From Candidatus Micrarchaeota archaeon (GTDB taxonomy: Archaea > Micrarchaeota > Micrarchaeia > Norongarragalinales > SBBD01), in assembly GCA_038046605.1 (NCBI GenBank), contig JBBSVW010000088.1, positions 1 through 15,774 of the forward strand: DNA of 15,774 nucleotides. The letters run 5' to 3'. The notes under the pieces are model-generated. The model had not been told where the DNA came from, ran no database searches, and worked only from the letters and a program-made list of their open reading frames with translations. The translations under genes were made by a program, and so were the position numbers. This document shows, in pieces, positions 1 through 7,943 of this stretch (position 1 is its first letter; each line of letters begins with the position of its first letter).

Positions 1-10
1 CGCTATATGA

Positions 11-48
11 GAATAAGGCAACAAAAAGTTCCAATAATTGCCTTATTC
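11..48. repeat. Perfect 11-bp inverted repeat GAATAAGGCAA-N16-TTGCCTTATTC
   Basis: Arms at 11-21 and 38-48 are exact reverse complements. It lies downstream of the minus-strand channel gene; function (operator or terminator) is unknown. Confidence 0.7.
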
Positions 49-121
49 GCTATAACTTGCCATCTTTAATAAAACTGGCAATTAGTGAAATGGCGCATTA
101 AGCGGCGTTTGGAAAAAAGGC

Positions 122-730
122 TCATATGACTTTCGAGGCACCGGTCCTTCGAAGGTATAGCGTGATGACAATGCCCATCAAAATGACGTTGACTATGTTT
201 CCGGAAAATACGGTCAGGACGGAAAGTATTTTGCTAAGGCCCATGGGGCATATATCGCCATAACCGATGGTAAAGAAGGTTACGGCTGAAAAATAAAAAT
301 AGTCGTGGGAAATGCTTGGATCATTTGCAATCATGCCCGGATCGAAATTGTCGCTGCAACTGCTATACGTAAGGTAGCCAAGGCTTAGGCGGTTGATTTC
401 AAAATACATGAGGGAAATCAGGATAAGTATGCCAAGGACGAATGCGATGTAGCTAAGGAGGAGGGAACCAAGGCTTTTTGCAGTCAGTAGATTGCCAATT
501 GGCTTTTGGATCAAATAATCCAGCAGTATTTTCACCACCAGATATGCAAATAGGATCGATGCGATAACTATCAGGATAATTGGCAGGATGCTAAAAATCG
601 TCGAAGGCCCAAAAAAACCCGTCAGGGAAAATTCGGCCGTTGAAAGAAGGCCAATGACAAATACAAGCACGATGAGGCTGACAACTGGCCTATCCAGTAT
701 GAGCTTTTTTAGCTTCGGAATTATAGGCAT
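122..730 (-). CDS. Potassium channel family protein (ion_trans_2-type pore domain)
   Basis: Pore helix and selectivity filter YFSAVTFFTIGYGDICP followed by a TM helix; several N-terminal hydrophobic helices; no C-terminal RCK domain. Confidence 0.9.
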   Translation of the reverse strand: MPIIPKLKKLILDRPVVSLIVLVFVIGLLSTAEFSLTGFFGPSTIFSILPIILIVIASILFAYLVVKILLDYLIQKPIGNLLTAKSLGSLLLSYIAFVLGILILISLMYFEINRLSLGYLTYSSCSDNFDPGMIANDPSISHDYFYFSAVTFFTIGYGDICPMGLSKILSVLTVFSGNIVNVILMGIVITLYLRRTGASKVI

Positions 731-827
731 GGTAATCCAGTAAATATCCAGGTTAATATTCGTTGCTTAATTCCCCCGTGGATTGCATTTTGGGCAATCT
801 TATATTTGTTGCCAGCCTAAGCCTTGC

Positions 828-1334
828 ATGGAACGGCCGCTTACAAAAGCGCAGGTTGAGGAATTGCTTTCTGATTACGCTCACCTGCCGCATTTTAGGG
901 ATGGAAGGATCAATTTCACGGATTCCAGGAGAGCACCGATTATCGCCTGCTTTGTCGAATACAGGGGAAGGATACTACTCATGAGGAGAAGCTCCAAAGT
1001 AGGCACGCACAGGGATAGGCTCAACAACATATCTGGCTACATCGATAAGGCTATAGGCCACTTGGGTATTTTGTCCGAAATGAGCTCAGGGAGGAGGCTG
1101 GAATCCGGAAGGGCAACATAAACGATTTACGGAAAAAGCTATGAATATTACGATGATGAGACAAAGCGCACCTACCATATCCATCCGGTGCTTGTAAGAT
1201 TGAAGCGGAAGCAAAGGGTATCGCTAAACGAGGAGCATACGGAAAGAGTGCGGGCAGGAAAGAATAGGCTTGGCGAATACGGCGTCATCCCAAGCACCCT
1301 CAAGTCGCTGAAGAGGGTCTTGCCGCATGAATAG
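828..1334 (+). pseudogene. Nudix hydrolase disrupted by two compensating frameshifts
   Basis: ATG828 frame gives ...ILLMRRSSKVG...ISGYIDK. The Nudix-box remnant RPLGYFVRNELREEAGI is in the -1 frame (~1055-1105). The C-terminal part YGKSYEYYD...IHPVLV...SLNEEHTE resumes in the original frame after TAA 1119-1121 and ends at TAG 1332-1334. Confidence 0.8.
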
Positions 1335-1393
1335 AACGGTTATTATCGAAGGTGCCCATATATTTCCAATTAGCCAAACACGAAGTGGTTTTA

Positions 1394-1801
1394 ATGAAAC
1401 GAAGGGAACGCATCCTGGAGATGCGCAAAATATTCAAGCAAAAGCTGCTTAGGCCCCTAGCCGCGATGATGTATTTTGAAATGCACATTAAAGAAAAGAA
1501 AATAGAGGAAGGCATCAGGTTGGAACACTTCGAAAGGCAACTCCTCGAAAAGCTCACTTTGGAATCCAATGCATTCCATGATTTCCTCCAATCGCACGAA
1601 TTTAGCAGCCGCCCGAAGCTTTCCAATTTGATTTTGCAAAAGTTAATTTCAGTAAATGCGGCAATAAAGGGACTTAGGGCGCGCTATATTTTCCAAAAGG
1701 AAACGCCGGAATTGTTCGATGCGATGGCTCGGGGAATCAAGACGATGATGGCCGAAATTGAAAAATTCGAGGCTTTTGAGGAAAGGAACAGATTATTTTA
1801 G
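1394..1801 (+). CDS. Hypothetical charged, probably helical protein (start at ATG1394 or GTG1352)
   Basis: Longest ORF in the interval, K/E/L-rich; its stop overlaps the stop of the convergent gene. No family recognised. Confidence 0.65.
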   Translation: MKRRERILEMRKIFKQKLLRPLAAMMYFEMHIKEKKIEEGIRLEHFERQLLEKLTLESNAFHDFLQSHEFSSRPKLSNLILQKLISVNAAIKGLRARYIFQKETPELFDAMARGIKTMMAEIEKFEAFEERNRLF

Positions 1802-2133
1802 TGGTCCAAAATCTTTTTCCGTTGCTCTTCCACAAAATTTGCGGCATTTCGCTTTATTTCGCCGTAAACCCCCCAAAGCCGCAAGCCAGGGGCATATGCA
1901 GCAATTATTGCAATAATAATTGCAAGCCCTATTTCGAATTGCGTCACGGATTCCAAGAGCCAGAATTCGGGCATCAGCCCAACCAAAGCAACCGCAATGA
2001 ATACGGAAATTTCCACATACAGGATCATTCGCGATAGCTTAAGTTCTACCTCGCGGGTTTTCCCCTTTGCAAAGTCCTCAATCGTATGGATTGCAGCTTG
2101 TTTTGGGGTTTGGATGGCTTTTTTCACCTTCAA
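1798..2133 (-). CDS. Hypothetical membrane protein with two TM helices
   Basis: Two hydrophobic stretches (ILYVEISVFIAVALVGLM; IGLAIIIAIIAAY); TTG start; follows the small ORF at 2157-2306 on the same strand. Confidence 0.65.
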   Translation of the reverse strand: MKVKKAIQTPKQAAIHTIEDFAKGKTREVELKLSRMILYVEISVFIAVALVGLMPEFWLLESVTQFEIGLAIIIAIIAAYAPGLRLWGVYGEIKRNAANFVEEQRKKILDH

Positions 2134-2156
2134 TTACGGCATTTGATTTGTACATA

Positions 2157-2306
2157 TTACTCAAGCTTCTTTTTTAGCTCCGCAATCCTGTCATGGAGCT
2201 TCCAGTCCTTCTTAAGAGGGTCCATCTTTGCCTTCTCCTCGAGTTCCGCAAGCGCCCTAACCAGATTCTTATCCTTTCTTGTCAAATCAGCTTTGCTCAT
2301 TCCCAT
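2157..2306 (-). CDS. Small 49-aa charged coiled-coil-like protein MGMSKADLTRKDKNLVRALAELEEKAKMDPLKKDWKLHDRIAELKKKLE (not in ORF track)
   Basis: Translated by hand; GGTG SD-like motif about 10 nt upstream of the ATG; protein-like K/E/L composition; fills the gap between two minus-strand genes. Confidence 0.75.
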   Translation of the reverse strand: MGMSKADLTRKDKNLVRALAELEEKAKMDPLKKDWKLHDRIAELKKKLE

Positions 2307-2395
2307 TTAGTTTAGCACCCTTTTGATTGGTAGGTCGGGCATATTTTTGAATAGCATGCCCCGTTACATTATTGGGGATAATCATAAAAATCCCC

Positions 2396-3820
2396 CTAAC
2401 CCGCAACCCAGCTAAGCAGCATCCAGAGGATCACAACCGCAATCACGAAGAGGATGTAGAAGAGCACAGTGTAGGAGATCTTCCTCCCATCATACACGCT
2501 AAGCCCTTTGTCGCTCAACTGCTTTGCCGTTTTTTCATCGAGCTTTTGGGTATTCCAGAAGAATGTTGCAAGCACAAAGCCAATCATTGTTGTAAAGTTC
2601 CAAAGGCTGTGCATGGCAAGGTGCGCATCATCAACGGATCCGTCCTTGAAAATCACCCTTCCGGCTGCGATGCTCGCCACTGCCGAGCAAATTGCCATCA
2701 TGAGAATAAGAACTACCCAGAAATTGTCTGCTATGACCTTTTTTAGCCCAAATGAGATAGGAAGGCCCGAATCGAACCACAGATCGTCCTTGAAATTAAT
2801 TGAGGGCTCGTTTATTGTGATTTTGGTGAAATCGAGATTTGAAAGCGTCCTGCCGGGCCGGAAGAATTCCTCGGTGTTGGAGGGAGCCGATCCGCGGTAA
2901 TAATTATTCACATTCCCATTGCGGAAATAATCGGCTTTTACCCCTCCGCCAATCCCCGAGTAGAGCTTTGGCTTGTAATTGCCAATCATGTAGAGTGTGA
3001 TTGGGATCACGCGATCGCCGTACATGGAGGTTAGTTTTAGGGGAAAATATGGCTTTTCGCTCGGGAAGCCAATACGCAGGGAAATTGGGGTTGTGGATCC
3101 GCGCGAGGGATATTGGGCGCCGTACGAGCCATAGCCGTATGGATCATATGCGCCGGAGCTAGTTTTGCTTGATTGGAATTTTTGCCAATCCGAAATGTAA
3201 GTGACAACAAAAGAATAATCCTTGTCGACGTATTTTTCAAGGATCATCTTGTATTCGCCGGCGAGCTCCACTCCTTTTGAACTTAGGTAGCGTTCCAATT
3301 CGGCAGGATCCTTTGTTGCGACAAGGTCGGATGTGACGCCGCCAAGGGAGACGCGCTGGAAGATGGAGATGCCATCATAATAAGAAGAGCCATACATGCC
3401 ATCTGCTTTCATCGATGCGCCGGAGAGCGTGCCCCTAAAAATGAACAAAAATCCTAAGGGCAATGCAAGGGGGAATGTGCCCCACACAGCTGCCGAAAGG
3501 GCGGCGGATGAAATAATATTTCGCGATTGTTCGCTTATGCTGCTTCCAGTTGGAATCGGAAAGCCGTCGATCAATTTGATGTCCACTTTTGTTGGGCTTG
3601 CAGGGATTGGGACTACCCATATCGCATTTGTCCCCTGGGAGCTAGCCGCAAATTCGACCGTGAGGCCAAGGCGCTCGTAGCCGTCATTGTAGTCGATGAT
3701 CGCATACTGCTGCGATTCGGGATGGATCTGCCAGCGGTCGGGCATCCGTATCCAAGCGCCGCCATCTGCAGTGGCAAATCCGGAAAACAACAAAATCAAT
3801 AGCAAAACGGCGGCACGCAT
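2396..3820 (-). CDS. DUF2330-like exported protein with signal peptide and C-terminal TM helices
   Basis: Signal peptide MRAAVLLLILLFSGFATADG; motifs QQYAIIDY..G.E.L, AIWVVPIP and PYFPLKLTS resemble DUF2330 from memory; three C-terminal TMs. ATG3820 preferred over TTG3868. Confidence 0.65.
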   Translation of the reverse strand: MRAAVLLLILLFSGFATADGGAWIRMPDRWQIHPESQQYAIIDYNDGYERLGLTVEFAASSQGTNAIWVVPIPASPTKVDIKLIDGFPIPTGSSISEQSRNIISSAALSAAVWGTFPLALPLGFLFIFRGTLSGASMKADGMYGSSYYDGISIFQRVSLGGVTSDLVATKDPAELERYLSSKGVELAGEYKMILEKYVDKDYSFVVTYISDWQKFQSSKTSSGAYDPYGYGSYGAQYPSRGSTTPISLRIGFPSEKPYFPLKLTSMYGDRVIPITLYMIGNYKPKLYSGIGGGVKADYFRNGNVNNYYRGSAPSNTEEFFRPGRTLSNLDFTKITINEPSINFKDDLWFDSGLPISFGLKKVIADNFWVVLILMMAICSAVASIAAGRVIFKDGSVDDAHLAMHSLWNFTTMIGFVLATFFWNTQKLDEKTAKQLSDKGLSVYDGRKISYTVLFYILFVIAVVILWMLLSWVAG

Positions 3821-3981
3821 GCAAATTACCGCAATAAGGTAGTTAAATTGGCTTTTTAAAAGTATCAAAATGGTTATTGCGAAGGGTTGGGAAAAATTGC
3901 CGCAAATGCGCGGATAAATCCACTATTGTGGTAGATTTTTATTTTCACCGCAGTTAATTGTCCTAATTGAAGGAGGTGGGA

Positions 3982-4698
3982 ATGATGGCAAAGGAGGAAT
4001 CGGATGATGCTAAGGAAAAAAGCGGTTCAGGAGGCTCCATTTTTGGGAACAGGATATTTCAAGTGGTCATCGGATTGATCATTGTTGTGATTTTATTCCT
4101 AGGGTACATGGGATTTATTCCCGGCTTGTCGGATTTGATGGGTTCGGGCCCGGTAAATTTAGGGATCAAATACACTGATGCGGACTACCAAAGCGCGATT
4201 GCAAAGGTTCCTGGGCATGTTGCCAAAACAACGGAATTTGCCTGCTTTACCTGCAACTATAAATCATCCGGGAATGTGCCAGTCAACAACTCATTCACTG
4301 ACGAGGAATTGACCGCGCTTGCAAATCACCTAAACTCAAAGAAAGGGCCACTTAAGAATATCCAAATCAGATTGAATGGCGATGGTTCCATAGAAATGTC
4401 CGCCAGGGGATCGGATGGGCTAATCAGCACGCCGGTTTATGTGAAGGCAAAAATTGCAAGCACTAGCATCAGATGGGTAAACATTAATCTTGAGAGCGCA
4501 AATGCGGGGAAAATTGGCGTCAGCTCGGAGAATGCGCAAAAGGCAGCTGAAGGGGTATTAAATGAGCTTTTCAAGAGCAATACGGGCCTATCCATCGAAT
4601 CGCTTACAATTGAGGATGGGAAAATTAATTTCAAGGGGACGCTCCCGCAGGAAGTTGTTGGAGACCCCAATGCGGTTGCACAAAGCGTGCTGAATTGA
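3982..4698 (+). CDS. Membrane-anchored hypothetical protein, possibly LmeA/DUF2993- or YpmS-like
   Basis: Strong SD AGGAGGTG just before ATG3982/3985; one N-terminal TM; FTDEELTALAN...IQIRLNGDG...IESLTIEDGKINFKG pattern. The fold call is tentative. Confidence 0.7.
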   Translation: MMAKEESDDAKEKSGSGGSIFGNRIFQVVIGLIIVVILFLGYMGFIPGLSDLMGSGPVNLGIKYTDADYQSAIAKVPGHVAKTTEFACFTCNYKSSGNVPVNNSFTDEELTALANHLNSKKGPLKNIQIRLNGDGSIEMSARGSDGLISTPVYVKAKIASTSIRWVNINLESANAGKIGVSSENAQKAAEGVLNELFKSNTGLSIESLTIEDGKINFKGTLPQEVVGDPNAVAQSVLN

Positions 4699-4830
4699 CC
4701 AAAAAAGACGAGCCAATCGGGGAATTAAATTTAGCCATTGGCTTTTTGCACCCATATTTGTTATGATTCGAATGCCAAAGCTAATTAAATTTTGCTTGAG
4801 CAATTACTGCGTGGAGGCGGGGGGATACGC

Positions 4831-5397
4831 ATGAGACCAAGCCTTGCCATGAATTTTTTGCTGATTCTTTTGGGGATTGCAATTGGCCTAATTGCCAGCG
4901 AATATTTTGAGGGGCCCATTCCCCAAAAATTAATTGCGAACGCCAAAACGGTGGATTTTTGCCTTGCAAGCGCAATTATTTCCCCCGGAGCTGGGGATGA
5001 GATGGTCGCCATTATGGACAATGCAAAAAGCAGCATCCACATCATCCTTTTCGAATTTTCCTATCCGGATTTGAAGGAAGCGCTCGTGCATGCGGCCCAA
5101 AGGGGAGTGGATGTGAAATTGATATTGGATCCCAAAGTGAGCCAGAATTTGGATACGGCAAAATTCCTTAAAGCTAAGGGGATTGATGTGAAGTGGTCTT
5201 CCTCAAAATTCAACTATAACCATGCAAAAACGGCCATCTTAGACGGAAGGAAGGTGCTAACGGGAAGCATCAATTGGAGCCGGAATGCGATGACAAGAAA
5301 CCGTGAAATTGGGGTGCTGGTGGAGGATTTGGCTGTTGCATCGGAATTGGAGGGGGTATTTTGGCAGGATTGGAACGATGCATCGGAAGTAAAATAA
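4831..5397 (+). CDS. Phospholipase D-family (Nuc-like, single HKD) protein with N-terminal membrane anchor or signal
   Basis: HAKTAILD (HxKxxxxD) and TGSINWS...NREIG motifs; AKSSIHI and AAQRGVDVKLILD are typical of PLDc_2 domains; hydrophobic N-terminus. Confidence 0.9.
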   Translation: MRPSLAMNFLLILLGIAIGLIASEYFEGPIPQKLIANAKTVDFCLASAIISPGAGDEMVAIMDNAKSSIHIILFEFSYPDLKEALVHAAQRGVDVKLILDPKVSQNLDTAKFLKAKGIDVKWSSSKFNYNHAKTAILDGRKVLTGSINWSRNAMTRNREIGVLVEDLAVASELEGVFWQDWNDASEVK

Positions 5398-5450
5398 GTT
5401 AAAGCGGTAGGGAGTAGTTTTATTTGCCTTAGCAAGAAGAGGCAACTGGA

Positions 5451-5924
5451 ATGTCCATGGATCTAAAAGAGCTAGAAATTCGAAATGCAAGCAGGAAGGA
5501 GCTATATACGATTACGGTGCTCACCCGAAAATTCTTCCCCTATACCGGCTTTAACATGGAAATGATCGCAAAAAGGCTCAAGGATGGGAGCATCCATTAT
5601 TTGGTTGCGCTCATGGGCGGCTATACCGCCGGATTCATTGATTTCAAGGAGAATGCAAAAAGCATTAAAATAATGGGCCTTGCGGTAATTCCGGAAATGC
5701 AGCGCAAGGGGATTGGAAGGAGATTGGTGGAGGAGGCAATTGAATTTGCAAAAACAAAGCGCAAGGAGGTCGTATACCTTTTGGTAGCCTCCGAGAATTC
5801 GTCCGCCCTTAAGATGTATGAAAAGTTCGGATTCAAATCGAAGGGAAAGCTTGCTAGGCAGATATGGGGGCAGGAAGTATTATTACTTTTTAAGCAAATA
5901 AGGAAGGGTAAGGCGACACGATAG
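5451..5924 (+). CDS. GNAT family N-acetyltransferase (RimI-like)
   Basis: Acetyl-CoA motif LAVIPEMQRKGIGRRL and N..A..MYEKFGF. Confidence 0.9.
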   Translation: MSMDLKELEIRNASRKELYTITVLTRKFFPYTGFNMEMIAKRLKDGSIHYLVALMGGYTAGFIDFKENAKSIKIMGLAVIPEMQRKGIGRRLVEEAIEFAKTKRKEVVYLLVASENSSALKMYEKFGFKSKGKLARQIWGQEVLLLFKQIRKGKATR

Positions 5925-6063
5925 GGAATGCACTAGAAACCTAAGAGTTTCTAGGCACGCCCAGAACCAACCCGGTTCTGGAGCGACGTAGTTTCCCTTT
6001 GTGTCAGGTTGATATGGGGGCAGGAGGTGCTTTTATTGTTTAAGGAATTGAAAAAAGGAAAAA
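5861..6063 (+). repeat. Diverged direct repeat of the GNAT 3' end (5861-~5913 and 6011-~6063), period 150 bp
   Basis: Both copies start with the identical 15-mer GATATGGGGGCAGGA; they translate to IWGQEVLLLFKQIRKGK and IWGQEVLLLFKELKKGK. Confidence 0.9.
5915..6005 (+). mobile_element. Composite palindromic element: GACA...TGTC outer stem with a nested 57-bp twin hairpin (putative REP/MITE-like)
   Basis: Outer arms GACACGATAGGGAA / TTCCCTTTGTGTC; inner hairpins CTAGAAAC-CTAAGA-GTTTCTAG and CCAGAACC-AACCC-GGTTCTGG. The structure is seen directly; mobility is inferred. Confidence 0.55.
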
Positions 6064-6112
6064 GCCGTAAAAGTAAAGGTTAAAAATAATCCAATGTATT
6101 CAATTTCGTATT

Positions 6113-6370
6113 ATGGGCTTCATAGAAAATACCCTAGCTAACCTGCTTAAGGATATAGGAACAAGCATCCGCAAATTCACCGCGTTCGTATTCTTGGTTT
6201 TTGCTATCGGAGTGATAGTTGGCGAGCATGTGGCGTCCAGGGGAGGGGACCCAAGCATGCTCCAAATGGCATATTCCGTTCCGCTTGTTTTGGCCCTTGC
6301 TTCCTATCTATTTGTTGAAATTGCTATAGCATTTTTCGCGCTATTCATGATTCTTCTGATTTTCCTGTGA
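6113..6370 (+). CDS. Small hypothetical membrane protein (2-3 TM)
   Basis: ATG start; strongly hydrophobic; first of three tightly spaced + strand genes. Confidence 0.75.
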   Translation: MGFIENTLANLLKDIGTSIRKFTAFVFLVFAIGVIVGEHVASRGGDPSMLQMAYSVPLVLALASYLFVEIAIAFFALFMILLIFL

Positions 6371-6374
6371 GAAT

Positions 6375-6614
6375 ATGGCAAACCTGAAGGGGAGCGGAGG
6401 GGCAATAGTGTTCATGGCAATGGCAATCATTGGGATTTCCCTAATAGCCTACTCATTCATGGGGAATGACAACCCTTCCGCAATAAAAGATCCGGCTCCA
6501 TCTCCCGGGTACCCAACAAGCACCCCCACTTACAATCCGACAAATAGGTCAACAGTTACAATTGCAACCGTTGCCGTAGGGGGCGATGAGCCTCCGCCGC
6601 TGCCGCCAGAATAA
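6375..6614 (+). CDS. Small single-TM protein with Pro/Thr-rich tail ending DEPPPLPPE
   Basis: Starts 4 nt after the previous stop; N-terminal TM followed by a low-complexity P/T segment. Confidence 0.7.
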   Translation: MANLKGSGGAIVFMAMAIIGISLIAYSFMGNDNPSAIKDPAPSPGYPTSTPTYNPTNRSTVTIATVAVGGDEPPPLPPE

Positions 6615-6634
6615 AATTCAAATCTTGATTGATT

Positions 6635-7942
6635 ATGAAAGCGCAATATGCATTCCCAAGCTGGCTCGTTTTTTTTGTCCTGATTTTTGTGGGCCTCACG
6701 TTGATCATAGTTCCGTTTTTCATAGATAGTCGGCTTTTGGATGATGTTACATCTTTCCCGAAAATATTATTTCCAACTGAATTGCCGCCCTGGATTGTGC
6801 CGCAAGTTACCCTTCAAAATTTTGCAAGCCCAACGCCAACTGCATACCAAAATATGGCAAGGAGGGAGTTCATTTACTCACTTGGCGCTGAAGAGGCAGC
6901 TTTTGGGGTTAGCCAAATTGCGCAAACAAACCTGGTCGGCTGGATAAAGGGAAGCACGGGAAAATATAGCCTCTTAAATGGGTGCGAAAGGAAAATAGCC
7001 TATTCGGCAACCAAATCCCAGGGACAATCCAGCACGGATGTGGAGGTGGTTTCCTGTGGATACTCCCTTTCATCATCCACAGAAAAAGATGCGCTTTCGC
7101 TTTGGAATGATGTTGCAGATGCGAAGCAGACAATATTGCTTGAGGATGGGAGGGTTGTGACATATACCTCTAGCACCAGCCAAATAAATTACGAATCATA
7201 TGGATTTTCGTGCGGGGATCTTTACATCCATACATACTACATGTCAAAGGAATTTACCGATTTGGATAAGTTCCGGAAAATGAAGGGGGAAATACTGGAT
7301 GCCTGTGCAGCCTGGGAAAAAACCCCAAGGGCAACAACCTTTAAGCCCAATCCGACTACTGGGCCAGCAATCAATAATCCTACAGTTGCAATCGGCATAA
7401 AGGAGCCTGCGGCGCCCTCCTATGAGGAGGAGAATCTTGAACGTTATTTTGACTTCCAGGAAAACGAGCTCGAAAGGCAAATAAGTTTCATCGGACCTAG
7501 ATTCGATGGAAGTGCGATTCCGCTAGATTATGAAAGAACCCGACCTGAAAGGAGGCTTTGCCGCGAATACATGGCTTATGCAGCTGGAATTAAGATTGGC
7601 GGTCAAGTTATGGAAAGCCTCTCTATTGGCTATTATTTCTGCCAAAAATCGTTTGCAAACCTTACGCTTGATTTCGCCCTAAAGCAGATTGGAATTCCTC
7701 AAGTAAACCCCCCGTTCAGTAACTTATCTGATATCAAGGGCGAAGGCAGGGACGTAAAACTCTTCGAATCTGGGAATCTTGGATACCGAATCGAAATCCA
7801 CTATTTGAAATGCGCCGACTACGTCTTGGTTTTGGGGCATTCGGCATTCTCAACTTCACCGCGCCTTGAGGCTAATGTTAAATCCATTAGGAGCGAACTT
7901 GAGCATACCTGCGCCCTGATCGAATTGCAAAGGGCAAAATGA
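6635..7942 (+). CDS. Membrane-anchored extracellular protein with two diverged Cys-containing repeat domains
   Basis: N-terminal TM, P/T-rich linkers, and matching motifs in the two halves (see findings). Confidence 0.8.
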   Translation: MKAQYAFPSWLVFFVLIFVGLTLIIVPFFIDSRLLDDVTSFPKILFPTELPPWIVPQVTLQNFASPTPTAYQNMARREFIYSLGAEEAAFGVSQIAQTNLVGWIKGSTGKYSLLNGCERKIAYSATKSQGQSSTDVEVVSCGYSLSSSTEKDALSLWNDVADAKQTILLEDGRVVTYTSSTSQINYESYGFSCGDLYIHTYYMSKEFTDLDKFRKMKGEILDACAAWEKTPRATTFKPNPTTGPAINNPTVAIGIKEPAAPSYEEENLERYFDFQENELERQISFIGPRFDGSAIPLDYERTRPERRLCREYMAYAAGIKIGGQVMESLSIGYYFCQKSFANLTLDFALKQIGIPQVNPPFSNLSDIKGEGRDVKLFESGNLGYRIEIHYLKCADYVLVLGHSAFSTSPRLEANVKSIRSELEHTCALIELQRAK

Positions 7943-7943
7943 T

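Noticed and set aside
5915-6005. tRNA or tRNA-like cloverleaf
   Set aside because: Only two internal arms; no D-loop GG, no anticodon arm and no canonical TTCRA T-loop.
5861-6063. DGR variable repeat/template repeat pair with hairpin at a gene 3' end
   Set aside because: Differences are not confined to adenines in either direction (T/C, C/T, T/G, C/G changes), are mostly synonymous, and no reverse transcriptase is in the window.
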